Positions 8,840-18,163 of a stretch of 64,000 nucleotides of DNA are shown here, piece after piece. The translations under genes were made by a program, and so were the position numbers. The stretch's first letter is position 1, and each line of letters starts with the position of its first letter. Origin of the DNA: Thermodesulfovibrionia bacterium (GTDB lineage Bacteria; Nitrospirota; Thermodesulfovibrionia; JACRGW01). Below the pieces are notes generated by a model, which was given only the letters and a program-made list of their open reading frames with translations, was not told the origin of the DNA and ran no database searches. The stretch is taken from NCBI GenBank assembly GCA_919902995.1, contig CAKKSD010000017.1, positions 14,424 through 78,423 of the forward strand, given 5' to 3'.

Positions 8840-11800
8840 ATGAAGTTTTCCACAAAACTCACTGTAGTATTTTCAATCATAATCCTGATCAGCGGTGTGG
8901 CTATATCCTATATTGTCTATACCTCGAACATCAGGGTATTAGAAGACCATATAAAGGATAGACTCCAGAACCAGGCATTCCATACAATGGATAAGATTAA
9001 CAGGATGATCTTTGAAAGGTACGCAACCATCAGGGTAATCGCCACAGATCCTGTGATAAGCTCAAGGAAGTCCACACCCGGGCAGATAACGCAGAGGTTA
9101 TTGGAATACAAAAACAATTACAGAGCCTATGCATCGCTGTCGTTCTTTGATTTAAACAGGATAAGGATAGCTGATACAGAGGGAAGGGATATAGGTAAAC
9201 AGCACTCATTAACAGAATACTGGAAGGCATTGAAGGAAGTCGGGGATATTGTTTCAGGTATCTATGTTGCAGAGTCTCTGAAGAAGCAAGTTTTTTATTT
9301 CATATCTCCTGTAAGGGACAGGAACGGTGTTACGTTCGGCTATATTTCTTCGAGGATAATTATAGAGAGTCTGCAAGATATAGTGAAGCAGGCTGTTGGA
9401 ATCTACAGTGTTGAAAGGGATTTTAATGTAGAACTTCTCGACAAGGACGGATTTGTTATATATTCCAACCAGAAGGCAGACGTGATGTTGAAGAAAGTAT
9501 CGTCTGACTGGAATGTTTTAAAGAAGTCTCTTGAATCAGGGGCAAAGACAGGCGCGATAAAATTCACAAACCCTGCAGAAAACAAAGGCGAAGAGATTCT
9601 TGTTTTTGCCCAGCAACAGGGATATCTGGACTACAAAGGAAATGAATGGACATTGATAATAGAGGCGCCAACAAGTATTGTCTTTGCCTCTGCCATTGAA
9701 TTAAGGAATAGAATATTAATCATTTCTCTGGCGATTGCTTTGTTTAACATACCCATCATATTTCTTTTCTCCCATAGAATTTCCAAGACCGTAAAAAATC
9801 TTAGTAATGCATCACTCGAGGTCAGTAAGGGGAATCTGGATGTAAGGGTAGAAAGCAGGTCTAAGGATGAAATAGGACAACTCGCTGTGGTATTTAACAG
9901 GATGATAAAAGATTTGAGGGATCATCAAGCAGTCCTCGAAAATAAGGTTGCAGAACGGACTGCTGAACTGGAAAACGAACTTATCGAGCGTAAAAAGTCT
10001 GATGAGGTGCTGGAGGAGAGTGAAACTCGCTATCGAACTCTGGTTGAGACTTCACCTTATTCCATCATTCTTGCAGACCTGAATGGCAATATTACCTTCT
10101 GTAACCACCAGACAGTACGCTCCCATGGCTTTGACAGGTTAGAAGATATTATTGGAACAAGTTGCTTCGATCTCTTTGCACCGGAAGATCGTCAACGTGC
10201 TATAGATTCAGCACAGCAGACCCTGGCAAATGGTGGCTTCAGGAATGTCGAATATACCCTTATCAGAAAAGATGGCTCCCAATTTCCAGCAGAGGCAAGC
10301 GCCTCTCTGATAGTTGATTCAGAAGGAAAACCTCAGGGCTTTGTAGGAGTGTTGTGGGATATAACAGAGAGCAAGAGGACAAAAGGACATCTCTACATAC
10401 AGTATGCTGTGACACGCATGCTGTCTGAGTCTAAAGATGTTGGTGAGACAATACCAGAAATTCTAAAAATAATCTGTGAAAACATTGGATGGGAGATTGG
10501 TGAGGTATGGTTCCCTGGAAAAGATGACAGTGTGATCCGCTTAAGTAGCGCATGGTATATGCCTTCTTTTAATAAAGTAGAGTTTGAGAGGGTGAGTAAA
10601 GAGATAATCTTTACGCCAGGGAAAGGTCTTCCTGGCCGTGTCTGGGAAAGCGGGAAACCTGCATGGAGGGTAGATATTATAAATGACCCGGATTATCCAA
10701 GATCATCCTATGCCCTGAAGGCAGGATTACATACAGCCTTTGCCTTCCCTATCAAAAGCTTAAACAGGATAATAGGTGTCATGTTATTCTTCAGCACAAA
10801 AATCCAGCCACCAGATAATGAGCTACTTGCTATATTTGATTCCCTCGGAAGTCAGATCGGTGATTTCATTGAGCGTAAGAAAGATGAGGAAACGATAAAG
10901 TTACATAGAAACGAACTTCTTTCTCTTGCCGAAGCATCAAATGTCATCGCAGCTGCTATAACATCTAAAGAGAACATCTATGAGGCATTATGTAATATTG
11001 TAGTTAAGGAATTTGGTTTGAAGATGGCGTTGATCGGGCTTATAGAGAAGGGAAATTATAATGTTATACCTATTGCGATGGCGGGCTTTGAAGATGGTTA
11101 TTTAGCAAGATTAAGGATAAGATGGAATGATTCATCTATCAGTATGGGACCAGTAGGTATGGCCATAGAGACACAGAACTCACAGGTAATAAATGATATT
11201 GCCAAATACCCTCGCTTTACACTATGGAGAGATGAGGCGATAAAAAGGGGATGCTACTCTTCGATGGTATTACCGCTGGTTTCATCAGAAGGCGAAGAAA
11301 GAGGGGTGCTTGATATCTACAGCAGTGAACCAATGTTTTTCACAAAGGAAAGAATACAGGTATTTGAAGTCTTTGCCAATCAGGCAGCCACTGCCATTGA
11401 GAATAGAAGTCTTGTTGAAGGACTTGAACAGAGGGTAAGAGAAAGGACTGCAGAACTTGAGGTCGCAAGGTTAAAGGCAGAGGCAGGGAACAGGACAAAG
11501 TCAGAATTTTTAGCCAATATGTCCCACGAACTGAGGACACCCCTGAACACCATAATAGGTTTTTCTGAAATAATGTTTGATGGCATGACAGGACCTCTGA
11601 AAGATGAACAGAAGGAATACCTCGATAATATTTTACAGAGTGGCAGACACCTCCTTTCGATGATAAGTGATATACTTGAACTTTCAAGATTAGACATTGG
11701 AGAGATTGAGATTACTCCTAAGGAATTTAACCTCAGAGAGATGCTTGAGGGGAGCCTCGAAATCTTTAAAGTAAAAGCCTTAAAGCAAAGCATAAAAACA

Positions 11801-12337
11801 GCCCTTAATGTCGAATCCGGCATTGAAACTATCATTGCCGATGAAAGGGTAATAAAACAGGTTGTTAGTCATCTCCTGAGCAACGCCTTTAAGTTCACAC
11901 CGGATGGAGGCTCTATCTCCGTGCAGGCACGGAGAGTTCACAAAAGGGATGTCGTTGCGAGGAGTCCCGATTCACGGGACGACGAAGCAATCTCTAAAAA
12001 TGAAATTGCCACGCCGGAGCCTGCCCTGAGCGATAATGCGAGATTGCTTCGCTTCGCTCGCAATGACAAGAGCGAAGGGGCTCGCAATGACAGTTTAGGA
12101 GATTTTATCGAAATCATCGTCGAAGACACAGGCATTGGCATATCAGAGGAAGACCAGAAAAGACTCTTTACCCCCTTTGAACAGCTTGAACCTGTATATA
12201 CAAAGAGGTATGGAGGCACAGGCCTTGGTCTCTACTTCTCAAAGAGGCTTGTAGAACTACATGGAGGCAGGATATTGGTTGAAAGCAGGATAGAGGAGGG
12301 GAGTAAATTTACATTCATAATTCCTTTGAAAAAATAG
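8840..12337 (+). CDS. Multidomain sensor histidine kinase (TM-Cache-like-TM-HAMP-PAS-GAF-GAF-HisKA-HATPase)
   Basis: 1165 aa with two TM segments flanking an extracytoplasmic domain, a PAS region, two GAF-like regions, an H-box (SHELRTPLN) and G-boxes (EDTGIGI, GGTGLGL). Confidence 0.9.
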   Translation: MKFSTKLTVVFSIIILISGVAISYIVYTSNIRVLEDHIKDRLQNQAFHTMDKINRMIFERYATIRVIATDPVISSRKSTPGQITQRLLEYKNNYRAYASLSFFDLNRIRIADTEGRDIGKQHSLTEYWKALKEVGDIVSGIYVAESLKKQVFYFISPVRDRNGVTFGYISSRIIIESLQDIVKQAVGIYSVERDFNVELLDKDGFVIYSNQKADVMLKKVSSDWNVLKKSLESGAKTGAIKFTNPAENKGEEILVFAQQQGYLDYKGNEWTLIIEAPTSIVFASAIELRNRILIISLAIALFNIPIIFLFSHRISKTVKNLSNASLEVSKGNLDVRVESRSKDEIGQLAVVFNRMIKDLRDHQAVLENKVAERTAELENELIERKKSDEVLEESETRYRTLVETSPYSIILADLNGNITFCNHQTVRSHGFDRLEDIIGTSCFDLFAPEDRQRAIDSAQQTLANGGFRNVEYTLIRKDGSQFPAEASASLIVDSEGKPQGFVGVLWDITESKRTKGHLYIQYAVTRMLSESKDVGETIPEILKIICENIGWEIGEVWFPGKDDSVIRLSSAWYMPSFNKVEFERVSKEIIFTPGKGLPGRVWESGKPAWRVDIINDPDYPRSSYALKAGLHTAFAFPIKSLNRIIGVMLFFSTKIQPPDNELLAIFDSLGSQIGDFIERKKDEETIKLHRNELLSLAEASNVIAAAITSKENIYEALCNIVVKEFGLKMALIGLIEKGNYNVIPIAMAGFEDGYLARLRIRWNDSSISMGPVGMAIETQNSQVINDIAKYPRFTLWRDEAIKRGCYSSMVLPLVSSEGEERGVLDIYSSEPMFFTKERIQVFEVFANQAATAIENRSLVEGLEQRVRERTAELEVARLKAEAGNRTKSEFLANMSHELRTPLNTIIGFSEIMFDGMTGPLKDEQKEYLDNILQSGRHLLSMISDILELSRLDIGEIEITPKEFNLREMLEGSLEIFKVKALKQSIKTALNVESGIETIIADERVIKQVVSHLLSNAFKFTPDGGSISVQARRVHKRDVVARSPDSRDDEAISKNEIATPEPALSDNARLLRFARNDKSEGARNDSLGDFIEIIVEDTGIGISEEDQKRLFTPFEQLEPVYTKRYGGTGLGLYFSKRLVELHGGRILVESRIEEGSKFTFIIPLKK
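11945..12095. repeat. Family B repeat modules inserted in frame within the kinase ATPase domain
   Basis: gtcgttgcgaggagtcccgattcacgggacgacgaagcaatctc matches the intergenic copy at 27900..27946. gaaattgccacgcc... matches 22395..22424. gagattgcttcgcttcgctcgcaatgac matches 8161..8187. Confidence 0.75.
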
Positions 12338-12345
12338 TTCAGGGT

Positions 12346-12822
12346 TCACATTTCACTGTTCACAGCTTTTCCAAAACTATTCAGCCACATAATATGACCT
12401 CTTTCCTCATTTATTATCTCATCGATAACCTCTTTTTCTTTGACCATATCTTTTATCGTATAGAAATATAGTAATGTCTCTTTCTCAAAACCGATTGCAA
12501 AATTGATAGCGTCTTCCACAGTCTTCACATGCTCAAGGGATGGAAGTGATTTCTCCTTGCCAAGGAAGAACTCTGATTCAACAATAGCCCTCAGATATTG
12601 TGAGACCTCCTCCCATCCTTCAGGTTCATCACCCCCTACCGTTTCTTTGAGTTTAGAAAAGGCCTTTTCGTGAAGCAATTCTTTTACCGCAAGCGTCTCG
12701 AAGAGTCTAATCATCCCTTCATTTTCTTTGAACCTCTCTGCCATTGTAGTGTAAAATTTATGTCCCAATTTTTCTGTCTGAATTGCCTGTTCGATGACCT
12801 CTCTTATGGAGAACCTTTCCAT
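12346..12822 (-). CDS. Ferritin-like / rubrerythrin-domain protein
   Basis: Two E...ExxH-type half sites (QTEKLGHKFY ... KELLHEKAF ; GFEKETLLYF ... NEERGHIMWL). The ATG at 12822 is preferred (RBS gggggaaac) over the ORF-track start at 12867. Confidence 0.7.
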   Translation of the reverse strand: MERFSIREVIEQAIQTEKLGHKFYTTMAERFKENEGMIRLFETLAVKELLHEKAFSKLKETVGGDEPEGWEEVSQYLRAIVESEFFLGKEKSLPSLEHVKTVEDAINFAIGFEKETLLYFYTIKDMVKEKEVIDEIINEERGHIMWLNSFGKAVNSEM

Positions 12823-12959
12823 GTTTCCCCCTGGATTATTTGATGTTATTCTGAGTCTGCGATCCATAGGTTGACAGTCAGAATCAAGCCATATTATAGC
12901 ATGAGATAACTTCTTTCAACAGAGACTGTAATTAAATTATGGTATAATAAATATTCCAA

Positions 12960-13970
12960 ATGAATGATGAGAAACACATATCAGTTATCATCCCCAATTA
13001 TAACGGGGCTTCGACTATAGGTAAATGTCTTGAATCGGTATTTTCTTCAGGATATAAGAATTTTGAGATTATCGTTGTTGATGATTGTTCAGGAGATAAT
13101 TCAGTGGATATCATAAGGGAATACCCCTGCAGGCTGGTTCATATTGACAGGCATTCAGGTGCGTCGAAGGCGAGAAACACAGGTGTGCAGAACAGCAGAG
13201 GAGAAATCCTTTTTTTTGTTGATGCCGATTGTCTTTTACAGAGGGACACGCTCGCCTTAGCAGGCAAGGTTTTTTCTGAGGATAAAAATATAATAATCGG
13301 AGGCACCTATACCAAGATTCCCTACGACGATGGTTTTTTCAGCACCTTCCAGTCAATTTTCATAAACTACTTCGAGACAAAACATAGAGATACGCCTGAT
13401 TATATTGCCACCCATGCGATGATCATAGATAAGCAGATATTTAGGGATAACGGTGGATTTAAGGAAGGTTTTTTTCTTCCCATCCTTGAGGATGTGGAAT
13501 TCAGCCATAGGCTCAGAAGGGCGGGTTACAGGCTAATTATTAATCCCGAAATACTTGTCCAGCATATATTCAATTTTTCTTTATTAAGATCACTCATTAA
13601 TGGTGCGAGGAAGTCTATGTACTGGACAATATACTCCTTAAAGAATCGGGACTTGCTTGCAGATTCGGGCACTGCCTCAATAGAACTAAAAATTAATGTC
13701 CTCTCATACTTCTTTATCCTGCTTTTTGTTTTGCTATACCTTCTTTCCGGAATATCTCTCTTTTTAATCACTATACCATTCATTCTCGGAATGAATTTAT
13801 ATTTAAATAAAAGATTGATTAAAGCCTTCTATGAGACAAAGGGTCTTTTCTTTACCTTTTTCGCAATACCCTACTACACAATGGTATATCCTCTCGGGAT
13901 AGGTGCGGGTGCCTTTGCCGGAATTTTAAATTATCTATGGATTTTCAAGATTCAAAGAGGTTTAAAGTGA
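12960..13970 (+). CDS. Family 2 glycosyltransferase with a C-terminal multi-TM region
   Basis: ISVIIPNYNG, VVDDCSGD and FFVDADC (DxD) motifs, with 3-4 predicted TM helices at the C-terminus. Confidence 0.85.
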   Translation: MNDEKHISVIIPNYNGASTIGKCLESVFSSGYKNFEIIVVDDCSGDNSVDIIREYPCRLVHIDRHSGASKARNTGVQNSRGEILFFVDADCLLQRDTLALAGKVFSEDKNIIIGGTYTKIPYDDGFFSTFQSIFINYFETKHRDTPDYIATHAMIIDKQIFRDNGGFKEGFFLPILEDVEFSHRLRRAGYRLIINPEILVQHIFNFSLLRSLINGARKSMYWTIYSLKNRDLLADSGTASIELKINVLSYFFILLFVLLYLLSGISLFLITIPFILGMNLYLNKRLIKAFYETKGLFFTFFAIPYYTMVYPLGIGAGAFAGILNYLWIFKIQRGLK

Positions 13971-15046
13971 TGTATTCACCATTCCGACATATTGGTTCTA
14001 TATTCTGGAAGAGGATACCGATACAATTAACCTTCTTCATAACAAAAAGATGTAATGCCAGTTGTCCTTTCTGTTTTTATATCTACAGGAATAATGACTC
14101 AGATTCAGAAAAGGGAGAACTCACATTAGATGAGATTGAAAGGATATCCTCTTCTCTTGGAAATCTGCTCTGGCTTGCCTTCTCTGGGGGAGAGATATTT
14201 CTGAGAAAGGATTTGCCCGAAATAAGCAGGATATTCTATGAAAATAATAAACCTGCAATAATCCTTTATCCGACTAATGGGCTTCTTCCGGAGGTGATTT
14301 ATAAAAATATAGAGGAAATACTTAAAGAATGTAAAAAGAGCACCGTTGTTGTAAAGCTATCTATTGATGGACTTGATGGATTACATGATGAACTCCGTGG
14401 TGTGAAAGGAAGTTTTGAAAAGGTAATACAGACTTACAATCTGCTTTCTGGTCTCCTCGATAAATACAGGAATTTCGATCTCGGGATAAATACGGTCTTC
14501 TGTTCGGCTAATCAGGATAATATGTCAGAGATAATCAGATTTGTTAATGGCATGAGAAGGATAAATACACATACAGTTTCATTGGTGAGGGGAGATATAG
14601 ATGGTGGCTATAAAGAGGTGGATATAGAGAAATACAGGTATACGATCGAGGAGATGGAGGGGAATCTGAAGGACAGGATTGCCCATATATACAGATTCAG
14701 GGGAGCGAAGTTAAAAGCATCTCAGGACATCTTACAGCGGAGAATTATATATAATACAATAAGAGAAGGGCATAAGATGATCCCCTGCTATGCAGGGAGA
14801 TTGAATCTGGTACTTACCGAGACAGGGGATGTCTATCCCTGCGAATCCTTTAATAAGAAGATGGGGAATCTCAGGGAATATAATTATGATGTAAGAGAGA
14901 TATTGCAGAGCAAAGGGGCGAGAAGGGTTACTCATTCGATTCATAAAAACGGTTGTTACTGCACCCATGAGTGCTACCTGATGACAAATATTTTATTTAA
15001 CCCATTAGTTTATCCCGAATTAGTAAAAGAGTATTTTCAGTTGTAA
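13970..15046 (+). CDS. Radical SAM protein with a SPASM-type C-terminal Cys cluster
   Basis: CNASCPFCFY (CxxxCxxC) plus C-terminal Cys residues (CYAG...YPCES...GCYCTHEC). The ATG at 13970 overlaps the GT2 stop (TGATG). An in-frame alternative start lies at 13937. Confidence 0.85.
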   Translation: MYSPFRHIGSIFWKRIPIQLTFFITKRCNASCPFCFYIYRNNDSDSEKGELTLDEIERISSSLGNLLWLAFSGGEIFLRKDLPEISRIFYENNKPAIILYPTNGLLPEVIYKNIEEILKECKKSTVVVKLSIDGLDGLHDELRGVKGSFEKVIQTYNLLSGLLDKYRNFDLGINTVFCSANQDNMSEIIRFVNGMRRINTHTVSLVRGDIDGGYKEVDIEKYRYTIEEMEGNLKDRIAHIYRFRGAKLKASQDILQRRIIYNTIREGHKMIPCYAGRLNLVLTETGDVYPCESFNKKMGNLREYNYDVREILQSKGARRVTHSIHKNGCYCTHECYLMTNILFNPLVYPELVKEYFQL

Positions 15047-15056
15047 ACGGTAACCA

Positions 15057-15131
15057 GTCATTCTGAATTTATTTCAGAATCTTAAAGACGGACCCTGTCT
15101 ACGACTCGTAGAGAAACAAGTTCAGAATGAC
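15057..15131. repeat. Family B modular hairpin repeats
   Basis: gtcattctgaatttatttcagaatc ... ctacgactcgtagag ... ttcagaatgac. Confidence 0.7.
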
Positions 15132-15187
15132 ATCTATAACATAATGGATATACATCACCTAAAAATGTTTTTAGGCTCAAACTATAA

Positions 15188-17767
15188 TCAGATTGAATCC
15201 AGCACCTCTCTTACCTTTCTTAAAATCTCTCTCGGTGAGGCAGGTTTGTGGATAAAGTCTAATCCCTCAGCGAGTATTCCCCTTTTAAAGAGAATGTCTG
15301 CTGTATACCCGCTCAGAAATATCGCCTTTATGTCAGGTTTTATCTCCTTTATTTCTTCATAAACATCCTTTCCGCTTTTCCTGGGCATTATGAGATCAAG
15401 AAGTAAGAGCCGGATTTCCTCTTTATTCTCCCTGAACTTTTCTATCGCATCCTCTCCATCCTCTGCTGCTATGACCTTATATCCGAATCTCTCAAGCACA
15501 TCCCTTATCAGTTTCCTGACTGCCTCATCATCCTCTGCTATAAGTACCATCTCTGTTCCTCCTGCCGGATATGGAGCGATCTCCTTGATAGTCCCTGCCT
15601 CTTCAAACTCTGATTTAATAAATGGAAGATATATCTTAAATGTCGTCCCTCTGCCCGGTTCGCTATAGACATTGATAAAGCCACCGTGCTGTTTTATTAT
15701 GCCGTAGACTATTGAAAGGCCAAGACCTGTGCCACCACCTATCTCTTTTGTTGTGAAAAAGGGCTCGAAGACCCTTTTCATAGTTATTTCATCCATACCT
15801 ATGCCTGCATCTGTTATGGATATTAAGGCATAAAACCCTGGCTCTCCATAGCCATGCATCTTTATATATTCCTCATCCATCTGCACAATCCCTGTCTCAA
15901 TGATTAACTCTCCTCCATCAGGCATGGCATCTCTCGCATTGGTTGCGATATTCATAATGACCTGCTGGATCTGACTGCTGTCTACCATTGCTATTAGGTC
16001 CTTATCTGAAAGTATCGTCTTCAATTCTATATCCTCTCCTATAGTCATCCTTAAAAATTTTTCTACAGCCCTTATAATCTCATTCAGATTCTCAGACTGC
16101 AGGTCTATTATCTGTTTCCTGCTGTATGCAAGCAGACCCCTTGTGAGATGGGTTGCCCTTTCTCCTGCACTGAGTATCTCTTTTAGATGTGCCCTGTTAG
16201 GGTCATCATCATTCATATTCATCTCCATGAGGCTTCCAAACCCTATTATTGCATTCAGCATATTGTTAAAGTCATGGGCAATGCCACCTGCAAGCTGACC
16301 AATCGCCTCCATCTTCTGGGCATGACGGAATTGTTCCTCGAGTTTCTTATGTTCAGTGATGTCGCGAACTATGGCAGTGCAAAAGGTCTCCTCATGAAAC
16401 TTCCAAAGGGAGAGGGAAATCTCTAAGGGGAATTCGCCTCCGTCTTTCCTGAGACCGTATAACTCTATTACCTTTCCAGCTATGCGGGACTTCCCTGTTG
16501 AATGCATCCTCTCAAACCCTTTTTGATGAGCCTCTCTGTAACGCTCAGGCATCAGAATGGTTAAAGGCTTAAGAATCACCTCTTCCTCTGCATAGCCGAA
16601 GATATTTTCCGCTCCCCTGTTCCAGGATATGATTTTCCCACTGCTGTCAGCAGAGATGATCCCGTCAACGGCTGATTGCACAAGGGAGCGGAAACGCTCC
16701 TCACCTTCCCGCAGGGCCTCTTCCCTCTCCTTTATCTCGGCGCTCATCTGATTGAAACTCCCTGCCAGATCTTCAAGTTCATCTCCTGTCCTGACCTCAA
16801 CCTTTATACCCAGCCTGCCTGCACTCAGCTCTCTCGCTCCATGAGCAAGCCTTGAAAGTGGAGAGACAATACGGGTGCCGAACAACCATGATATAGCGAG
16901 TGCTAAAACTAATATGAGAAGGCTGAAAGATATGCTACGCAGGATACCCTTCCGTATTGGAGAAAAGATTTCTTCGGATGGAACACTTACGGATGCATAC
17001 CATTTTACTTTTGAAGGGGAGGAAACAGCGGTCAGCCTCTCTACACCGAGATACTCCAACTCAAAAGTTCCGCTTCCTTTCCTGACAATCTCCTTAAACC
17101 ACTTCTGTTCGCTTACATCTTTACGAGTCAGGGTTTCAGGCTCTGATGAACTAGTAATAATTCTTCCTTTCTGGTCTATCAGAGTCACCACCTCATTTTC
17201 TCTTAGCTGCAGGTGATCGAAGATTTCCTTCACTCTAATCAGAGAGATGGCTGCACCGACCATTCCTATCTTTCTGTCCGAATAGTCCTTAACAGGGTAG
17301 GCGATGACTATAACCGGTTTGCCGGTTATACGGCCAATCTGCACTTCACCGACTGTGAATCTCCCGGTCTCCATCACCTCCTTGAAATAAGAGCGGTCTC
17401 CGGCATAAGTGGGTTTCTCCTGAGGAACTGCAGAGCAATGAATCCAGGCTTTACTGTCTATTACAAATATGTTCTCGTAATAGGGATACTGGGGCTTGAG
17501 CCTCGAAAAAATATCTCTGCACTTCTTCCACTCCTGATTCTTTATCTCCGGGATCTCGGACAGGGCTATGAGGAGTCGCTCACTTCCATTGAGAAAGGTA
17601 TCCATTTCAATAGAGACCATGTGTGCCTGATGGAGGATCCACTTCTGTGCATCACTCCTGGCACTTCGTAGATTTTTGAACTCATGGTAAAGGCTGGTAG
17701 TAAATAATGGCAGGGCAGCTATTAGAACCAGGATTATAAGCTTGACCTTAATACCCATTTTAATCAT
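15188..17767 (-). CDS. Hybrid sensor histidine kinase (TM-Cache-like-TM-HAMP-PAS-HisKA-HATPase-REC)
   Basis: 859 aa with an H-box (GGIAHDFNNML), G-boxes (DAGIGM, GTGLGLS) and a C-terminal receiver (VLIAEDDE...LLLLDLIMP...KP). Confidence 0.9.
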   Translation of the reverse strand: MIKMGIKVKLIILVLIAALPLFTTSLYHEFKNLRSARSDAQKWILHQAHMVSIEMDTFLNGSERLLIALSEIPEIKNQEWKKCRDIFSRLKPQYPYYENIFVIDSKAWIHCSAVPQEKPTYAGDRSYFKEVMETGRFTVGEVQIGRITGKPVIVIAYPVKDYSDRKIGMVGAAISLIRVKEIFDHLQLRENEVVTLIDQKGRIITSSSEPETLTRKDVSEQKWFKEIVRKGSGTFELEYLGVERLTAVSSPSKVKWYASVSVPSEEIFSPIRKGILRSISFSLLILVLALAISWLFGTRIVSPLSRLAHGARELSAGRLGIKVEVRTGDELEDLAGSFNQMSAEIKEREEALREGEERFRSLVQSAVDGIISADSSGKIISWNRGAENIFGYAEEEVILKPLTILMPERYREAHQKGFERMHSTGKSRIAGKVIELYGLRKDGGEFPLEISLSLWKFHEETFCTAIVRDITEHKKLEEQFRHAQKMEAIGQLAGGIAHDFNNMLNAIIGFGSLMEMNMNDDDPNRAHLKEILSAGERATHLTRGLLAYSRKQIIDLQSENLNEIIRAVEKFLRMTIGEDIELKTILSDKDLIAMVDSSQIQQVIMNIATNARDAMPDGGELIIETGIVQMDEEYIKMHGYGEPGFYALISITDAGIGMDEITMKRVFEPFFTTKEIGGGTGLGLSIVYGIIKQHGGFINVYSEPGRGTTFKIYLPFIKSEFEEAGTIKEIAPYPAGGTEMVLIAEDDEAVRKLIRDVLERFGYKVIAAEDGEDAIEKFRENKEEIRLLLLDLIMPRKSGKDVYEEIKEIKPDIKAIFLSGYTADILFKRGILAEGLDFIHKPASPREILRKVREVLDSI

Positions 17768-17825
17768 CTATTTCGTCCTCTTTATTATTCAAAAGTTTAA
17801 ATAGTATTAGTTTTAACTTGATATT

Positions 17826-17974
17826 CCCTGTAGTCTTGCTACAGGGTTACCTTACTCCTGTCATTCCGCACTTGATGCGGAATCCAGTATCTTTATTTCT
17901 GGATTCCTGCCCTATGGGTCGTGACCCATCCACAGGATCCTACGGACGGGTCATAGACTTACGCAGGAATGACG
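17826..17974. repeat. Family B modular hairpin repeats in the kinase leader
   Basis: ccctgtagtcttgctacaggg, gtcattccgcacttgatgcggaatccag (identical to the 1232 copy) and ctggattcctgc...gcaggaatgacg. Confidence 0.8.
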
Positions 17975-18041
17975 AATTGAAGGGTATTTAATAATTTTGA
18001 TACCCTGCGGACTCTGCCTCAGGATAATTCATTAAAGCAGT

Positions 18042-18057
18042 AGCAAAAAGGATGCCA
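18042..18057 (-). promoter_or_regulatory. Sigma-54 (-24/-12) promoter candidate upstream of the hybrid kinase
   Basis: The minus strand reads TGGCATCCTTTTTGCT. This matches TGGCAC-N5-TTGCW, with GG and GC at the canonical spacing. The site lies between the NtrC-family gene and the kinase gene. Confidence 0.45.
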
Positions 18058-18120
18058 GGTAGTTTATAGCTATAACAATTTGATTTTTAAAGGACTAATT
18101 AAAGGATGAAGAGAAAGGGA

Positions 18121-18160
18121 ATAAGGAAATCATTCCATAATTATGGAATGATTTCCTTAT
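18121..18160 (-). terminator. 40-nt perfect palindrome directly after the NtrC-family gene (terminator and/or activator binding site)
   Basis: ataaggaaatcattccataa/ttatggaatgatttccttat lies 4 nt downstream of the stop at 18164. Confidence 0.55.
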
Positions 18161-18163
18161 TTA

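Noticed and set aside
13937-13969. Upstream in-frame ATG for the radical SAM gene
   Set aside because: It would overlap the GT2 gene by 34 nt and add a non-conserved-looking peptide (MDFQDSKRFKV). The ATG at 13970, coupled to the GT2 stop, is preferred but not proven.
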